Below, piece after piece: positions 30,999 to 43,597 of a stretch of 64,000 nucleotides of DNA. The notes beneath the pieces are model-generated. The model searched no databases and was not told where the DNA came from. It saw only the letters and a program-made list of their open reading frames with translations. Source of the stretch: an uncultured Actinomycetes bacterium (GTDB lineage Bacteria; Actinomycetota; Actinomycetes; Streptosporangiales; Streptosporangiaceae). The position numbers and the translations under genes were made by a program. Position 1 is the stretch's first letter. Every line of letters begins with the position of its first letter. The stretch covers positions 87,559 through 151,558 of the forward strand of contig CAWFXW010000024.1 in the NCBI GenBank assembly GCA_963819785.1. Direction: 5' to 3'.

Positions 30999-32017
30999 GA
31001 CAGCTGGTGACCCGCGGACAGCAGGTCCTCGCAGGCGTGGGTGACCCGCTGGGCCATGCCGGCCTCGCCGGCCTTGCCGTAGCTGCGCGGGTCGTAGGCC
31101 TTCTTGCTGCCCACGTCGCCGTCGACCTTGAGCACGCCGTCGTAGTGCTTGAACATGTGGTCCGCGATCGGCCTGGTGAAGGCGTACTGGGTGTCAGTAT
31201 CGACGTTCATCTTGACCACGCCGTACCCGATGGCTTCCCGGATCTCCTCCAGGGCCGAACCGGACCCGCCGTGGAAGACGAGGTCGAACGGCTTTTCCTT
31301 GCCGTACTTCTGGCCCACCGCGTCCTGGATCTCCTTGAGCACGCCCGGGCGCAGCTTCACGTGCCCCGGCTTGTAGACGCCGTGCACGTTGCCGAACGTC
31401 GCGGCCAGGATGTACCGGCCGCGCTCGCCCAGCCCGAGCGCCTCGGCGGTGGCCAGCGCGTCTTCCGGCGTGGTGTAGAGCTTCTCGTTCATCTCGCCGA
31501 CGATGCCGTCTTCCTCGCCGCCGACCACGCCGATCTCCATCTCCATGATGATCCGGGCGGCCGCGCACTGCTCCAGCAGCTCGCTGGCGATCTCCAGGTT
31601 CTCCTTCAGCGGCACTGCCGAGCCGTCCCACATGTGCGACTGGAACAACGGCTCCAGGCCACGCTGCACCCGCTCCTTCGAGATGGCGATCAGCGGGCGC
31701 ATGTAGCCGTCGAGCTTGTCTTTCGGGCAGTGGTCGGTGTGCAGGGCGACGTGGATGGGGTACCGGGCCGCGACGACGCCCGCGAACTCGGCGAGCGCCG
31801 ACGCGCCGACCACCATGTCCTTGACTGCCGAGCCCGACAGGAACTCGGCGCCGCCGGTGGAAACCTGAATGATCCCGTCGCTGCTGGCGTCCGCGAACCC
31901 GCGCAGCGCCGCGTTCAGCGTCTGGCTTGACGTCACGTTGATGGAAGGAAACGCATAGCCGCGCTGCTTGGCGGTGTCGAGCATCTGCGCGTAGACCTCT
32001 GGGGTCGCGATTGGCAT
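30995..32017 (-). CDS. fbaA: Class II fructose-bisphosphate aldolase
   Basis: Starts MPIATPEVYAQMLDTAKQRGYAFPSINV and includes HTDHC and FHGGSGS motifs. ATG 32017 sits behind GGGAG. Confidence 0.93.
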   Translation of the reverse strand: MPIATPEVYAQMLDTAKQRGYAFPSINVTSSQTLNAALRGFADASSDGIIQVSTGGAEFLSGSAVKDMVVGASALAEFAGVVAARYPIHVALHTDHCPKDKLDGYMRPLIAISKERVQRGLEPLFQSHMWDGSAVPLKENLEIASELLEQCAAARIIMEMEIGVVGGEEDGIVGEMNEKLYTTPEDALATAEALGLGERGRYILAATFGNVHGVYKPGHVKLRPGVLKEIQDAVGQKYGKEKPFDLVFHGGSGSALEEIREAIGYGVVKMNVDTDTQYAFTRPIADHMFKHYDGVLKVDGDVGSKKAYDPRSYGKAGEAGMAQRVTHACEDLLSAGHQLS

Positions 32018-32176
32018 GGCAACTGACTCCCTTGGCTTGAGCCTGACCTCAGGGTAGAGAGTTAGGCCGGGCCACTCTAGGGACCTTGGACCTGAACCCG
32101 TAGAACCCAAGCCTAGACATGAAGCGAGCATGAAGATGCACCGGCCGGTACCGGGCATGAGGTACAACATGAAGCT

Positions 32177-32860
32177 ATGGAGAGCTTTCTCACGTCGGCG
32201 CCTTACGCTGCCCTCATCTTGTTCGGCTTCCTCGAGGCGGCGTGCATCCCGATCTCATCCGAGGTTACCTTCGGGTTCGCCGGCGTGCTCGCCTACCAGG
32301 GGCATCTTAACCTCGCCCTGGTCATCATCATCGGATCCCTGGCCGAACTCGCCGGATCCTACGCCTCGTACGCGGTGGGCCGGCGCGGCGGCAAGCCACT
32401 GGTGCAGAAGTGGGGCCGCTACGTCCTGGTGACCCAGGGCGACGTCGACCGGGCCGAGCGGTTCCTGGCCGGGCGCGGGGCGTGGGCCATTCCGGTGGGC
32501 CGGATGCTGCCGTTCGTCCGGGCCTTCACCTCGATCGTGGCGGGCCTGGTGCGGATCCCGGCGGTCCGGTTCGGGGTGCTCAGCCTGATCGGCACCGTCA
32601 TCTACGCGACCGTGCTGTCGGTGATCGGCTACGAGGTCGGCCACGCCTGGAACAGCATCAACCACGGCCTGACCATCGCCACCTACATCCTGGTCGCGAT
32701 CGTGGTCATCGTGATCGGCGGCTTTGTGCTCTACCGCCTGCGCCAGTTCCGGCGCGAGGCTCGCGCGGGCGGGGACACCCCGGCCGCGCCAGCGGCGCAG
32801 GCCCCCACGGCAGCGGCGCCGCGCCGGCACGGCCGGCACCGGTCAGATGCCGAGGTCTGA
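32177..32860 (+). CDS. DedA-family membrane protein
   Basis: SNARE-associated/DedA-like sequence (FLEAACIPISSEV..., GRMLPFVRAFTSIVAG). Confidence 0.85.
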   Translation: MESFLTSAPYAALILFGFLEAACIPISSEVTFGFAGVLAYQGHLNLALVIIIGSLAELAGSYASYAVGRRGGKPLVQKWGRYVLVTQGDVDRAERFLAGRGAWAIPVGRMLPFVRAFTSIVAGLVRIPAVRFGVLSLIGTVIYATVLSVIGYEVGHAWNSINHGLTIATYILVAIVVIVIGGFVLYRLRQFRREARAGGDTPAAPAAQAPTAAAPRRHGRHRSDAEV

Positions 32861-33405
32861 AAGCTCGTAGGCGGCGCGGAAGATCAGCCCGTGCCGGGTC
32901 ACGCGCTCCCGCGCGCCCCGGTTGACCAGCACCGCCACCCCGGCCACCTCGGCGCCCGCCGCGCGCAGCGCGTCGACCGCGGTCAGCGGGGAGGTGCCGG
33001 TGGTGGAGGTGTCCTCGACCGCCAGTACCCGCGGCCGGCCACCTCCGGGCCCTCGATCCGGCGCTGGGTGCCGTGCTCCTTCTCTTGCTTCCGCACTACG
33101 AACGCGTCGATCGGCGTGCCGCGCGCGGCGGAAGCGTGCATCATCGCGGTGGCGACCGGATCCGCGCCCAGGGTCAGCCCGCCCGCCGCCTCGTAGCCCA
33201 GATCCCAGGTGAGGTCCAGCATGACCCGGCCCGCGAGCGGCGCCACGTGCCCGTCAAGCAGGACGCGGCGCAGGTCGACGTACCATTCGGCGCGCTGCCC
33301 CGAGGAGAGGACGAAGTCGCCGCGGATGACCGCCTTCGCCTTGATCGCCGCGAGCAGCTCGGCGCGGTCGCTCACCGCCGTGCTCCCTTCGATAGGCCCC
33401 TTCAT
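32843..33405 (-). CDS. pyrE: Orotate phosphoribosyltransferase, one frameshift near 33030
   Basis: ORF 32983-33405 is PyrE-like up to IEGPEVAGR and then turns to junk. The neighbouring frame continues VLAVEDTSTTGTSPLTAVDALRAAGAEV... (PRPP motif) to a stop at 32843. Confidence 0.85.
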
Positions 33406-33524
33406 CCAGCGGGAATGCGCGGAAAGCCATCCCGGAGAAGGTTACTTCACTACGCTTAGAGCGGTCAGGTCCGGATCGGTACCCGCGAGGGTGACCGCTG
33501 CGCCGACGAAAGGACGGTGGGGCC

Positions 33525-35129
33525 GTGGATCGCTGCGCGCTGTTCGTTGACGCAAGCTACGTGCTCGCAGATGGTGCCATGGCCGTGCACGGGACCCGCC
33601 GGGCCGAATCGGTCTCCTGGGACTACGAGGGGCTGCTGCAGCTGCTCGGCGGCATGGCCCGCGAGCGCACCGGCCTGCCGCTGCTGCGTTGCTACTGGTA
33701 CGAGGCGACCGTCGACGGCCGCCGCACCGCCGAGCAGGACGCCCTGGCCGACATCCCGGGCATCAAGCTCCGGGTGGCCAAGATCCGTCCCGGCCGCCGC
33801 GAGGGCGTGGAAACCGAGATCCACCGGGACCTGACCACGCTGGCCCGCAACAGCGCGGTCAGCGACGCGCTGGTGGTCAGCGCGGAGGAGGACCTGGCCC
33901 AGGTCATCGCCGACGTCCAGGACCTCGGCATGCGCGTCACCCTGGTGCACATCGCGGTGGACGGCAACTGGACCATCTCCCGCTCGCTGCGCCAGGAGTC
34001 CGACGACATCATCGAGATCGGCGGCGAGCAGCTCCGGCCCTACGTCGAGCTGATCGTGGGCGCCGAGCCCGCGCACGCCGACGAGCCGGACGACGCGGAC
34101 CGGGCCCAGGGCCGGCCGCTGGCCAACGGGCATTCGGCGGTGACGGGCGTGGGCACGTACCAGGCGCTGCCCGCCGGGTCGGGCAACCACGCGCCGCCCT
34201 CGATCTACACCGCGCCGGTGGTCGCGGAGTACCAGCGGCCCGCGCTGCAGTTGCCCCGCACCACCAGCCGCGAGGACCGCGCCACCCGCGACCGCGACGA
34301 CCGGGCCCGCGACGACCGGGCCCGCGAAGCCCGCGAAGCCCGTGAAGCTCGCGAAGCCCGTGAGGCCCGTGAGGCTCGCGAAGCCCGTGAGGCCCGCGAG
34401 GACCGCGGCCGGGATCGCGAGGAGCGCGCCCGCGACGAGCGCCCGCGGGAGAGCGTCAACGGTGAGGCCGCCGCCCGCCCCGACATCTACGCCGCCCCCT
34501 CCCCGCGTACCCGCCCGGACCGGCCGGACCGCGCGGACCGCGCCGACCGCCAGGACCGGGTCGCCCGCGTGCCCGAGGACGTCACCGGCTACGCCGTCCC
34601 GCCGGTCACCCCCGACAGCCTGGCCGGCCCCGAGGCCCCCCAGGCTCCGCCCGGCCAGCTGCGCCACCTGCCCGCCAGGCCGAACACCCCGAACGTCCCG
34701 ACCCCGCCGAGCACCCCGATCCCCATGGGCGGCCCGATCGGCACGCCGCCGGGTGGCGGCCCGTCCGGCCCGCAGCACATCGGCCAGCACGCCGGGCAGG
34801 GCGCGCCGCGTAGCGCCCCGTACACCGGCCCGCAGCCGGTCGCCACCTCGCCGCCGCCCGGCTACCAGAGCGCGGGCTCCGGGGTCTCCCTGTCCGAGGC
34901 GGTACAGGCCGCGCACGAGGAAGGCCAGGAGTTCGGCGCTTCGGTGGCGCGGGACGCCCCGGCGCTGTGGCTGGAAGCCGTGCTGGCCCGCAAGCCGCGG
35001 ATGCCGTCCGACCTGGAGGCCCGGCTGCTGCAGGGGTCGGCGCTGCCGATCGATTTCCTGCTGCACGATGAGGTCAGGCACGCGCTGCGCCGCGGCTTCT
35101 GGGACGCGCTCGAACGAACCCGCCGGTAA
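33525..35129 (+). CDS. NYN-domain (LabA-like) protein with a long disordered repeat region and a conserved C-terminal domain
   Basis: The N-terminus is NYN-like (CALFVDASYVL...VVSAEEDLAQVIADVQDLGMRVTLV). About 250 aa of Arg/Asp/Pro-rich repeats follow, then a structured tail. Confidence 0.8.
   Translation: MDRCALFVDASYVLADGAMAVHGTRRAESVSWDYEGLLQLLGGMARERTGLPLLRCYWYEATVDGRRTAEQDALADIPGIKLRVAKIRPGRREGVETEIHRDLTTLARNSAVSDALVVSAEEDLAQVIADVQDLGMRVTLVHIAVDGNWTISRSLRQESDDIIEIGGEQLRPYVELIVGAEPAHADEPDDADRAQGRPLANGHSAVTGVGTYQALPAGSGNHAPPSIYTAPVVAEYQRPALQLPRTTSREDRATRDRDDRARDDRAREAREAREAREAREAREAREAREAREDRGRDREERARDERPRESVNGEAAARPDIYAAPSPRTRPDRPDRADRADRQDRVARVPEDVTGYAVPPVTPDSLAGPEAPQAPPGQLRHLPARPNTPNVPTPPSTPIPMGGPIGTPPGGGPSGPQHIGQHAGQGAPRSAPYTGPQPVATSPPPGYQSAGSGVSLSEAVQAAHEEGQEFGASVARDAPALWLEAVLARKPRMPSDLEARLLQGSALPIDFLLHDEVRHALRRGFWDALERTRR
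34322..34398. repeat. 9-bp x8 tandem repeat encoding (REA)n
   Basis: Read directly (cgcgaagcc / cgtgaggcc variants) inside the NYN-protein linker. Confidence 0.85.
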
Positions 35130-35188
35130 AACCGGTGAAACCACAAGATCACGGATTGTCAATCGCCCCGGCGGGTAGGTTTTGAGAC

Positions 35189-35785
35189 GTGGTTGTGCTG
35201 TCCGGTGAGTTGTTCGACGCGATCGAGGTCAATGCTGCCCGGACGGGCAACCATAAACGGGCCGCGGTGCGCATGAGCAGGCTGGCCGTGCAGGGCTCGC
35301 TCCCGCAGCAGCCGACCGCGGAGAGCATGTCGCGGGCCGAAGCCCATATGCGAGCGGGCGAGCAGTGGCTGCTCGCCGACGAGCCGGCCACCGCGGCGGA
35401 CGAGTTCCGGGCGGCCCTTGCGGACGCGGGCCCGACCTTCGACGATCCCCGGGTGTCCCTGGCCCGGGCCATGTTCACCCTCGGCCAGCCGGCCGAGGCC
35501 GACGCGCTGCTCGGCCAGCTCGCCGAGGACGGTGCCCGGTCGCTACCGCGCACCTGCGACCTGGTGGCCGAACTTCTCACCGAGCAGGGCGACCTGAACG
35601 GCGCGCTGGACTGGGCCACCGCTGGCGTGGCCGCCTGCCTGCGCGGCGATGACCGCGACGAGCTGCAGTTGCTGCTGCGGCTGCGCTTCCGGATCCGGGT
35701 CGACCTGGCCCTGCCCGAAGACGACTACGACAAGCTGCTGGACAACCGGGACAGCAGAAAGGCCGGGCCCGCCGCGGGGTCATGA
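35189..35785 (+). CDS. Hypothetical protein, TPR-like helical
   Basis: Helical, Ala/Leu-rich with protein-like composition. I recognised no family motif and the start is uncertain. Confidence 0.55.
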   Translation: MVVLSGELFDAIEVNAARTGNHKRAAVRMSRLAVQGSLPQQPTAESMSRAEAHMRAGEQWLLADEPATAADEFRAALADAGPTFDDPRVSLARAMFTLGQPAEADALLGQLAEDGARSLPRTCDLVAELLTEQGDLNGALDWATAGVAACLRGDDRDELQLLLRLRFRIRVDLALPEDDYDKLLDNRDSRKAGPAAGS

Positions 35786-35825
35786 ACCCCGCCGGCGAAA
35801 CCCGGCCCCTCGGATCAACCGAAGG

Positions 35826-38471
35826 CTACGCGACCTTCTCGGCCTGCGCCCCCCGCCGCACGGACAGTGCGTCCCGCGCCTGGTCCACGTCGACGAGCAC
35901 CTCGTCGCCGTCCAGGATTTCCCCGGACAGCAGCGCCCTGGCCAGCTGGTCGCCGACCGCCGACTGAACCAGCCTGCGCAGCGGCCGCGCCCCGTACACC
36001 GGGTCGAACCCGGTCACGGCCAGCCACTCCCTGGCCGCCGGGCTGACGGTCAGGGTCAGCCGCCGGCCCGCCAGCCGCGCGGCCAGCCGCTCGACCTGCA
36101 GGTCGACGATCTGGGTCAGCTCGCCGGTGGTCAGCGCGTCGAACACGATCACGTCGTCCAGCCGGTTCAGGAACTCCGGCTTGAACGCGTTCCGCACCGC
36201 GGTCATCACCGCGTCCCGCTTGGCCTGCTCGTCGCCGAACGCCGGGTCCGCGATGAACTGCGACCCCAGGTTCGAGGTGAGGACCAAGATGGTGTTCCTG
36301 AAGTCCACCGTGCGGCCCTGGCCGTCGGTCAGCCGCCCGTCGTCGAGCACCTGCAGCAGGACGTCGAACACCTCGGGGTGCGCCTTCTCCACCTCGTCGA
36401 GCAGCACGACCGTGTACGGCCGGCGGCGCACCGACTCGGTGAGCTGGCCACCCTCCTCGTAGCCCACGTAACCGGGCGGGGCGCCGATCAGCCGGGCCAC
36501 CGAGTGCTTCTCGGCGTACTCGCTCATGTCGATCCTGATCATGGCCCGCTCGTCGTCGAACAGGAACTCGGCCAGCGCCTTGGCTAGCTCGGTCTTGCCC
36601 ACGCCGGTCGGCCCGAGGAACAGGAACGAGCCGGTGGGCCGGTCCGGGTCGGACACGCCCGCCCGGGCCCGGCGGACCGCGTCGGACACGGCCTGCACGG
36701 CGCGCGCCTGGCCGATCACCCGGTGCCCGATCTCGGTCTCCATCCGCAGCAGCTTGGCCGTCTCGCCCTCGAGCAGCCGCCCGGCCGGGATCCCGGTCCA
36801 GGCGGACACCACGTCGGCCACGTCGTCGGGACCGACCTCCTCCTTCACCATGGGCGCCGTAGCGGGGATTCCGTCCGCGCCGCTCCCGTCCTCATTGGCT
36901 GCCGAACGGGCCGTGGCACTTGCCTCCGCCAGTTCGGCTTCCAGCGCGGGGATGGTCTCGTGGTTAAGGCGCAACGCGGTCTCGATGTCATGGTCGCGCC
37001 AGGCGCGTTCGGCCTGCCCCTTGGCCTCGTCGAGCCGCTTCTTCAGCTCGCCGACCTTGTTCAGCCCGGACTTCTCCTGCTCCCAGCGTGCCACCAGCGC
37101 GTCCAGCTGTTCCTGCTGGTCGGCCTTTGTCGCCCGCAGCCGCTCGAGCCGGTCCTTGCTGGCCGCGTCCGTCTCCTTCTCCAGGGAGAGCTCTTCCATC
37201 GTCAGCCGGTCCACCGCGCGCCGCCGCTCGTCGATCTCGACCGGCTGGGAGTCGATCTCCATCCGCAGCCGGGACGCGGCCTCGTCGACCAGGTCGATGG
37301 CCTTGTCCGGGAGGAACCGGGCGGTGATGTACCGGTCGGACAGCGCCGCCGCCGCGACCAGCGCCGCGTCAGAGATCTCCACCTCGTGGTGGGCCTCGTA
37401 GCGGCCCTTCAGCCCGCGCAGGATCGCGATCGTGTCCTCGACCGATGGCTCGCCCACCAGCACCTGCTGGAAGCGGCGCTCCAGGGCCGGGTCCTTCTCG
37501 ATCCGCTCCCGGTACTCGTCGAGCGTGGTCGCGCCGACCATGCGCAGCTCACCGCGGGCCAGCATCGGCTTGAGCATGTTGCCCGCGTCCATCGCGCCCT
37601 CGGCCGCCCCGGCCCCCACGACCGTGTGCAGCTCATCGATGAACGTGATGACCTGGCCCTCGCTCTGCTTGATCTCGTTCAGCACGGCCTTGAGCCGTTC
37701 CTCGAACTCACCGCGGTACTTGGCCCCGGCCACCATCGCGCCCAGGTCGAGCGCGATCAGCCGCTTGCCGCGCAGCGACTCGGGGACGTCGCCGGCCACG
37801 ATCCGCTGGGCCAGGCCCTCCACGACCGCGGTCTTGCCGACGCCCGGCTCGCCGATCAGCACCGGGTTGTTCTTGGTCCGCCGGGACAGCACCTGGATGA
37901 CCCGCCTGATCTCGGCGTCCCGGCCGATGACCGGGTCCAGGACCCCGTCGCGGGCCGACTTGGTCAGGTCGACGCCGTACTTCTCCAGCGCCTTGTACGT
38001 GTCCTCGGGGTCCGGGCTGGTCACCCGGGCGCTGCCGCGGATCTGGCTGAACGCCTCGAGCAGCGCGTCCGGCGTGACGCTGGCCGCGGCCAGCACGGTC
38101 TTGGCCTCGCCGCCGTCGGCGGCCAGGCCGACCAGCAGGTGCTCGGTCGAGATGTACTCGTCGCCCAGCTGCTTGGCCCGGCTGGACGCGGTGGCGATCG
38201 CGGACAGCAGCGACCGGGACATCTCCGGCGCGCTGAGCGTGGCGCCGCGCGCCTTCGGCGCGCGGTCCAGACGCTCGTGGGCCTGCTTGGCGATCAGCGC
38301 CGGGTCGGCGCCGACCGCCCGCAGCAGCGGGGCGGTCGTCCCGTCCGCCTGCTCGGCCAGGGCGACGAGCAGGTGCAGCGCCTCGACCTGCGGGCTCCCG
38401 TCCGCCGCGGCCCGCCGGACCGCCGTGGACAGGGCGTCCTGGCTCTTGTGGGTCAGCTTGTCGTCAGCCAT
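35826..38471 (-). CDS. clpB: ATP-dependent chaperone ClpB
   Basis: 881 aa with two AAA+ modules ([23 protein letters not shown]) and a coiled-coil middle domain. Confidence 0.96.
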   Translation of the reverse strand: MADDKLTHKSQDALSTAVRRAAADGSPQVEALHLLVALAEQADGTTAPLLRAVGADPALIAKQAHERLDRAPKARGATLSAPEMSRSLLSAIATASSRAKQLGDEYISTEHLLVGLAADGGEAKTVLAAASVTPDALLEAFSQIRGSARVTSPDPEDTYKALEKYGVDLTKSARDGVLDPVIGRDAEIRRVIQVLSRRTKNNPVLIGEPGVGKTAVVEGLAQRIVAGDVPESLRGKRLIALDLGAMVAGAKYRGEFEERLKAVLNEIKQSEGQVITFIDELHTVVGAGAAEGAMDAGNMLKPMLARGELRMVGATTLDEYRERIEKDPALERRFQQVLVGEPSVEDTIAILRGLKGRYEAHHEVEISDAALVAAAALSDRYITARFLPDKAIDLVDEAASRLRMEIDSQPVEIDERRRAVDRLTMEELSLEKETDAASKDRLERLRATKADQQEQLDALVARWEQEKSGLNKVGELKKRLDEAKGQAERAWRDHDIETALRLNHETIPALEAELAEASATARSAANEDGSGADGIPATAPMVKEEVGPDDVADVVSAWTGIPAGRLLEGETAKLLRMETEIGHRVIGQARAVQAVSDAVRRARAGVSDPDRPTGSFLFLGPTGVGKTELAKALAEFLFDDERAMIRIDMSEYAEKHSVARLIGAPPGYVGYEEGGQLTESVRRRPYTVVLLDEVEKAHPEVFDVLLQVLDDGRLTDGQGRTVDFRNTILVLTSNLGSQFIADPAFGDEQAKRDAVMTAVRNAFKPEFLNRLDDVIVFDALTTGELTQIVDLQVERLAARLAGRRLTLTVSPAAREWLAVTGFDPVYGARPLRRLVQSAVGDQLARALLSGEILDGDEVLVDVDQARDALSVRRGAQAEKVA

Positions 38472-38545
38472 TACCTATCTATCTCCTCTGAGCCGCCCGG
38501 TGGCCGGACGGCCCAGCTCGTTATCCGCTCTGGGCGCCAGGCCCA

Positions 38546-38591
38546 GCTATGTGTCTGCGCTATTTAGCTGTGCTATGTGTCTGCGCTATTT
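38546..38591. repeat. 20-bp perfect direct repeat x2 (gctatgtgtctgcgctattt), 26-bp period
   Basis: Read directly. The second copy overlaps the hspR stop codon and the repeat lies 75-120 nt upstream of the clpB start. Confidence 0.85.
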
Positions 38592-39059
38592 GTCTGGCCG
38601 GGGCGGCCCGGACGGCCCGTGGATCGGTTCCCAGATCGCGACCCGGGCGCGGCGCACCGGCACCAGGCCGGGGTCGCTGTCGCCGCCGCTGCGGCGCAGT
38701 TCGGCCAGCCGGGCCGCCACGGCCCGGGTCGATTCCAGTTCCGCGCGCAGCTGCGCCACCTCGGCATGCAGCTCCGCGAGCAGCCTGCGGGCCTGCTCCA
38801 GTTCCCGCAGATGATCCAGGATCAGCTTGATGCCGGACAGGTTCACGCCCTCTTCCTGCGACAGCCGCTGGATCTCACGCAGGGCCAGGATGTCCCGCAT
38901 CGAGTACCGCCGCCCGCGCCCGGCGCTGCGGCCTGGGGAGACCAGGCCGCGGCGCTCGTACTCGCGCAGGGTCTGCGGGTGCATCCCGGATAGCTCGGCG
39001 GCCACCGAGATGACGTAGACCGGCATCTCTTCGGACTGCTCGAATGGGCTGTTCATCAT
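38586..39059 (-). CDS. hspR: MerR-family heat-shock repressor HspR
   Basis: [32 protein letters not shown]...RRYSMRDI. It is the last gene of the dnaK operon. Confidence 0.9.
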   Translation of the reverse strand: MMNSPFEQSEEMPVYVISVAAELSGMHPQTLREYERRGLVSPGRSAGRGRRYSMRDILALREIQRLSQEEGVNLSGIKLILDHLRELEQARRLLAELHAEVAQLRAELESTRAVAARLAELRRSGGDSDPGLVPVRRARVAIWEPIHGPSGPPRPDK

Positions 39060-40225
39060 TACTGCTCCTTGGCCCGCTCGAGCAGGTCCTCACGCGGATC
39101 CGCCCCGGCGGTTGCCTCACGCAGATCCTCGATGGCGCTGCGTGCCTTGCTGTTCAGATTCTGCGGGACCGTCACCTCGACGGTGACGATCAGCGCGCCG
39201 GTGGTCCCGTCCTTGCGGCGGACGCCCTTGCCCGAGACCCGGAACTTGCTGCCGTTCGCGGTCCCCGGCGGGATCCGCACCGTGACCGGCGCGCCCCGGT
39301 GCGCGGGCACCTTGACCTCGGCGCCGAGGGTGAGCTCGGCGAACGTGACCGGCACGGTCACGGTCAGGTTGTCCCCGGACCGCCCGAACACCGGGTGGTG
39401 CTTCACGTGCACCCGCACGTACAGGTCGCCGGCGGCGCCGCCGCGCTCGCCGGGCGCGCCCTTGCCGGCGATCTTGATCCGCTGGCCGCCGGCCACGCCG
39501 GCCGGGATGCGGGTCTGGATGGTCCGCGAGCTCATCGCCCGCCCGCTGCCCGAGCACTCCAGGCACGGGTCGTCGACGACCAGGCCGCGGCCGCGGCATT
39601 CCTTGCACGGCTCCGAGATCCCGAACGTCCCCAGGTTCCGGCTTGACTGGCCGGTCCCGGCGCACACCGGGCAGACCTTCGGCACGGTGCCGGCCTTGGC
39701 CCCGGTGCCCCGGCAGGTCGGGCACGGGCCCTCCCCGGTCAGCCGCAGCGAGACCGTGGTCCCGTCGATCGCGTCGCCGAAGCTCAGCGTCGTCTCGGTC
39801 TCCACATCGGCGCCGCGCCGGGGCCGGTTCTGGGCCGTGTTCCGGTTGCCGCCGCGGTTGAACACGGTGCCGAACAGGTCGCCCAGGCCGCCGCCGGCGT
39901 CCCCGGCCCCGCTGAATATGTCACCGAGGTCGAAGTTGAAACCGCCGCCGCTGCCCGGCCGGCTGCCGGTCGGCACCCGGAAGCCGCCGCCGAACAGCGA
40001 GCGCGCCTCGTCGTACTCCTTGCGCCGCTTCTCGTCGGACAGCACCGAATACGCCTCGGAGATCTCCTTGAAGCGCTCCTCAGCCTTCGCGTCGCCCTGG
40101 TTCGAGTCCGGGTGGTACTTGCGGGCCAGCTTGCGGTACGCAGTCTTGACCTCGGCGGGCTTCGCCGTCTTGGCGACCCCCAGGGCCTTGTAGTAATCCT
40201 TCTCGAGGTAGTCCTTGGTGCTCAT
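39059..40225 (-). CDS. dnaJ: Chaperone DnaJ
   Basis: J-domain (YHPD), a G-rich region and four CxxCxGxG zinc motifs. Confidence 0.95.
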   Translation of the reverse strand: MSTKDYLEKDYYKALGVAKTAKPAEVKTAYRKLARKYHPDSNQGDAKAEERFKEISEAYSVLSDEKRRKEYDEARSLFGGGFRVPTGSRPGSGGGFNFDLGDIFSGAGDAGGGLGDLFGTVFNRGGNRNTAQNRPRRGADVETETTLSFGDAIDGTTVSLRLTGEGPCPTCRGTGAKAGTVPKVCPVCAGTGQSSRNLGTFGISEPCKECRGRGLVVDDPCLECSGSGRAMSSRTIQTRIPAGVAGGQRIKIAGKGAPGERGGAAGDLYVRVHVKHHPVFGRSGDNLTVTVPVTFAELTLGAEVKVPAHRGAPVTVRIPPGTANGSKFRVSGKGVRRKDGTTGALIVTVEVTVPQNLNSKARSAIEDLREATAGADPREDLLERAKEQ

Positions 40226-40243
40226 CCCGCCTGCCTGGACTGT

Positions 40244-41179
40244 TTAGTTACCTTCCTCACCGTCGGACCATTCGGCCTCGTTGCTGCTGCCGTCCGGGCC
40301 GGTGGCCGGCTCGGCGACCGCGACCCGGGCCGGGCGCAGGATCTTCTCGCCCACCTTGTAGCCGGGCTGGAAGATCTCGACGCACGTGTCCTCGGTGACG
40401 TCAGGTGAATAGGTGTGGGTCAGCGCCTCGTGGATCTTGGGGTCGAACGCGTCGCCCTTCTCGCCGTAAGCCACCAGGCCGAGCTTGCCCACGGCCGAGG
40501 CCAGCGAGTCGGCCACGGACTTGAACCCGCCGGACAGCTCGCCGTGCTCGCGCGCCTGGTCGATCGCGTCCAGCACCGGGAGCAGCCCGGTCAGCACGGA
40601 CGCGACCGCCTGCTCGCGTACGGCGGCCCGGTCCCGGTCCACCCGCTTGCGGTAGTTCGCGTATTCGGCCTGCAGGCGCTGCAGGTCGGCGGTGCGCTCC
40701 GCGAGCCGCGCCTCGGCGTCGGACGCCTTCTGCCCGCTCACGGTCTCGGTCTCCACAATCCCCTCCAGGACCTCCTCGGTCCCGTCCGACTTCTCGGCCT
40801 CGCCCGGCGCGTTCGCCTCGTCAGTCTTTGCCGCCGGGCCCGCCCCGGCGGCACTTCCCGCCGGGCCTGTCCCGGAGGCGTTCCCCGCCCCCGGCCCCGG
40901 TCCGGAAGCCCCGGCTCCCGGAAGCCCCGGCCCCGGTCCGGAAGCCCCGGTCCCGGAAGCCCCGGTCCCGGAAGCCCCGGTCCCGGAAGCCCCGGGTCCG
41001 GAAGCCCCGGTCCCGGCTGTGCCGGGCCTCCCCGCGGCGCCGGTCCCGGCCGGCCGCCGGCACCAGTGGTGCCGGCCGGCTGGATGCCGCGTGCTTCCCC
41101 CGGACCTGCCCGGTGACCGGATCGATCCGCCGGTGATCGTGGATGACCGGGCCGGAGCCCGTCTCCTCGGATGCTGGCA

Positions 41180-41180
<1 letters not shown>
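40244..41180 (-). CDS. grpE: Nucleotide-exchange factor GrpE, split between two frames as assembled
   Basis: The conserved N-motif HDHRRIDPVTGQVR is in ORF 40821-41180, whose start overlaps the dnaK stop by 1 nt. The GrpE core (LQRLQAEYANYRKR...) is in ORF 40244-40756. The core frame stays open upstream through the repeat. Confidence 0.85.
40902..41015. repeat. 15-bp tandem repeat (ccggaagccccggtc), about 7 units
   Basis: Read directly. GGAAG spacing is 16, 20, 15, 15, 15, 15 nt. It encodes (TGASG)n in the GrpE core frame. Confidence 0.85.
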
Positions 41181-43030
<1,850 letters not shown>

Positions 43031-43053
43031 GAGCAGTCCTTGTGTGTGTTGAA

Positions 43054-43074
43054 GTTGAGTAATCCGGGCCCAAG
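43054..43074. promoter_or_regulatory. HAIR-like inverted repeat (GTTGAGT-N7-GCCCAAG)
   Basis: Lies 24 nt upstream of the dnaK start and partially matches the HspR operator consensus CTTGAGT-N7-ACTCAAG. Confidence 0.5.
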
Positions 43075-43105
43075 CTTGCCAGCAGGGGCTTCCGCCGTCA
43101 AATGA

Positions 43106-43126
43106 CTTGAGTCACTTAGGCTCAAC
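43106..43126. promoter_or_regulatory. HAIR-like inverted repeat (CTTGAGT-N7-GCTCAAC)
   Basis: The left arm matches the consensus perfectly and the right arm 5 of 7. It lies about 76 nt upstream of dnaK. Confidence 0.6.
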
Positions 43127-43597
43127 TTCGCGGAGTCCCCGATGATTCCCGTCTCGGCGGAAACTCTGCCGGAAATCTTCCCGCGGATCCGCCCCAGCCT
43201 CCGGGCGCCACCGCACCGGTCCGCTTGTCCGCAAGCGCCGGTCCCGCGCGTCCGCGGGCGCCGCCGTACGAAGAACGCCCGTCCCGGCCGATCCATGCCA
43301 GCCTATGAAAGCGGCGGCCTGATGGCTCTATCCGGTGGGTTGCCATTTTCTCGCGGGGATCGCGCGTTCTGTATGGGGTTTGTGGGCCACCGCCCCCGTA
43401 GGTCTATCGGGGGTTGTGTGCCACAAGCCCCGAACGGCCGCGCTCGGCGGGTGGGCGGAGATCCAGACAAGACCTCTCTCGCCATCAGGGTGCCGCACCC
43501 TTGCCCACGGAAGCAGCCGGGGCGCAAAGTGGCACCCCACCCTGCACCTCGACCTCGCACGGCTACGCTTGAACTTCCAAGTTTCTAGGAGGTTCGA

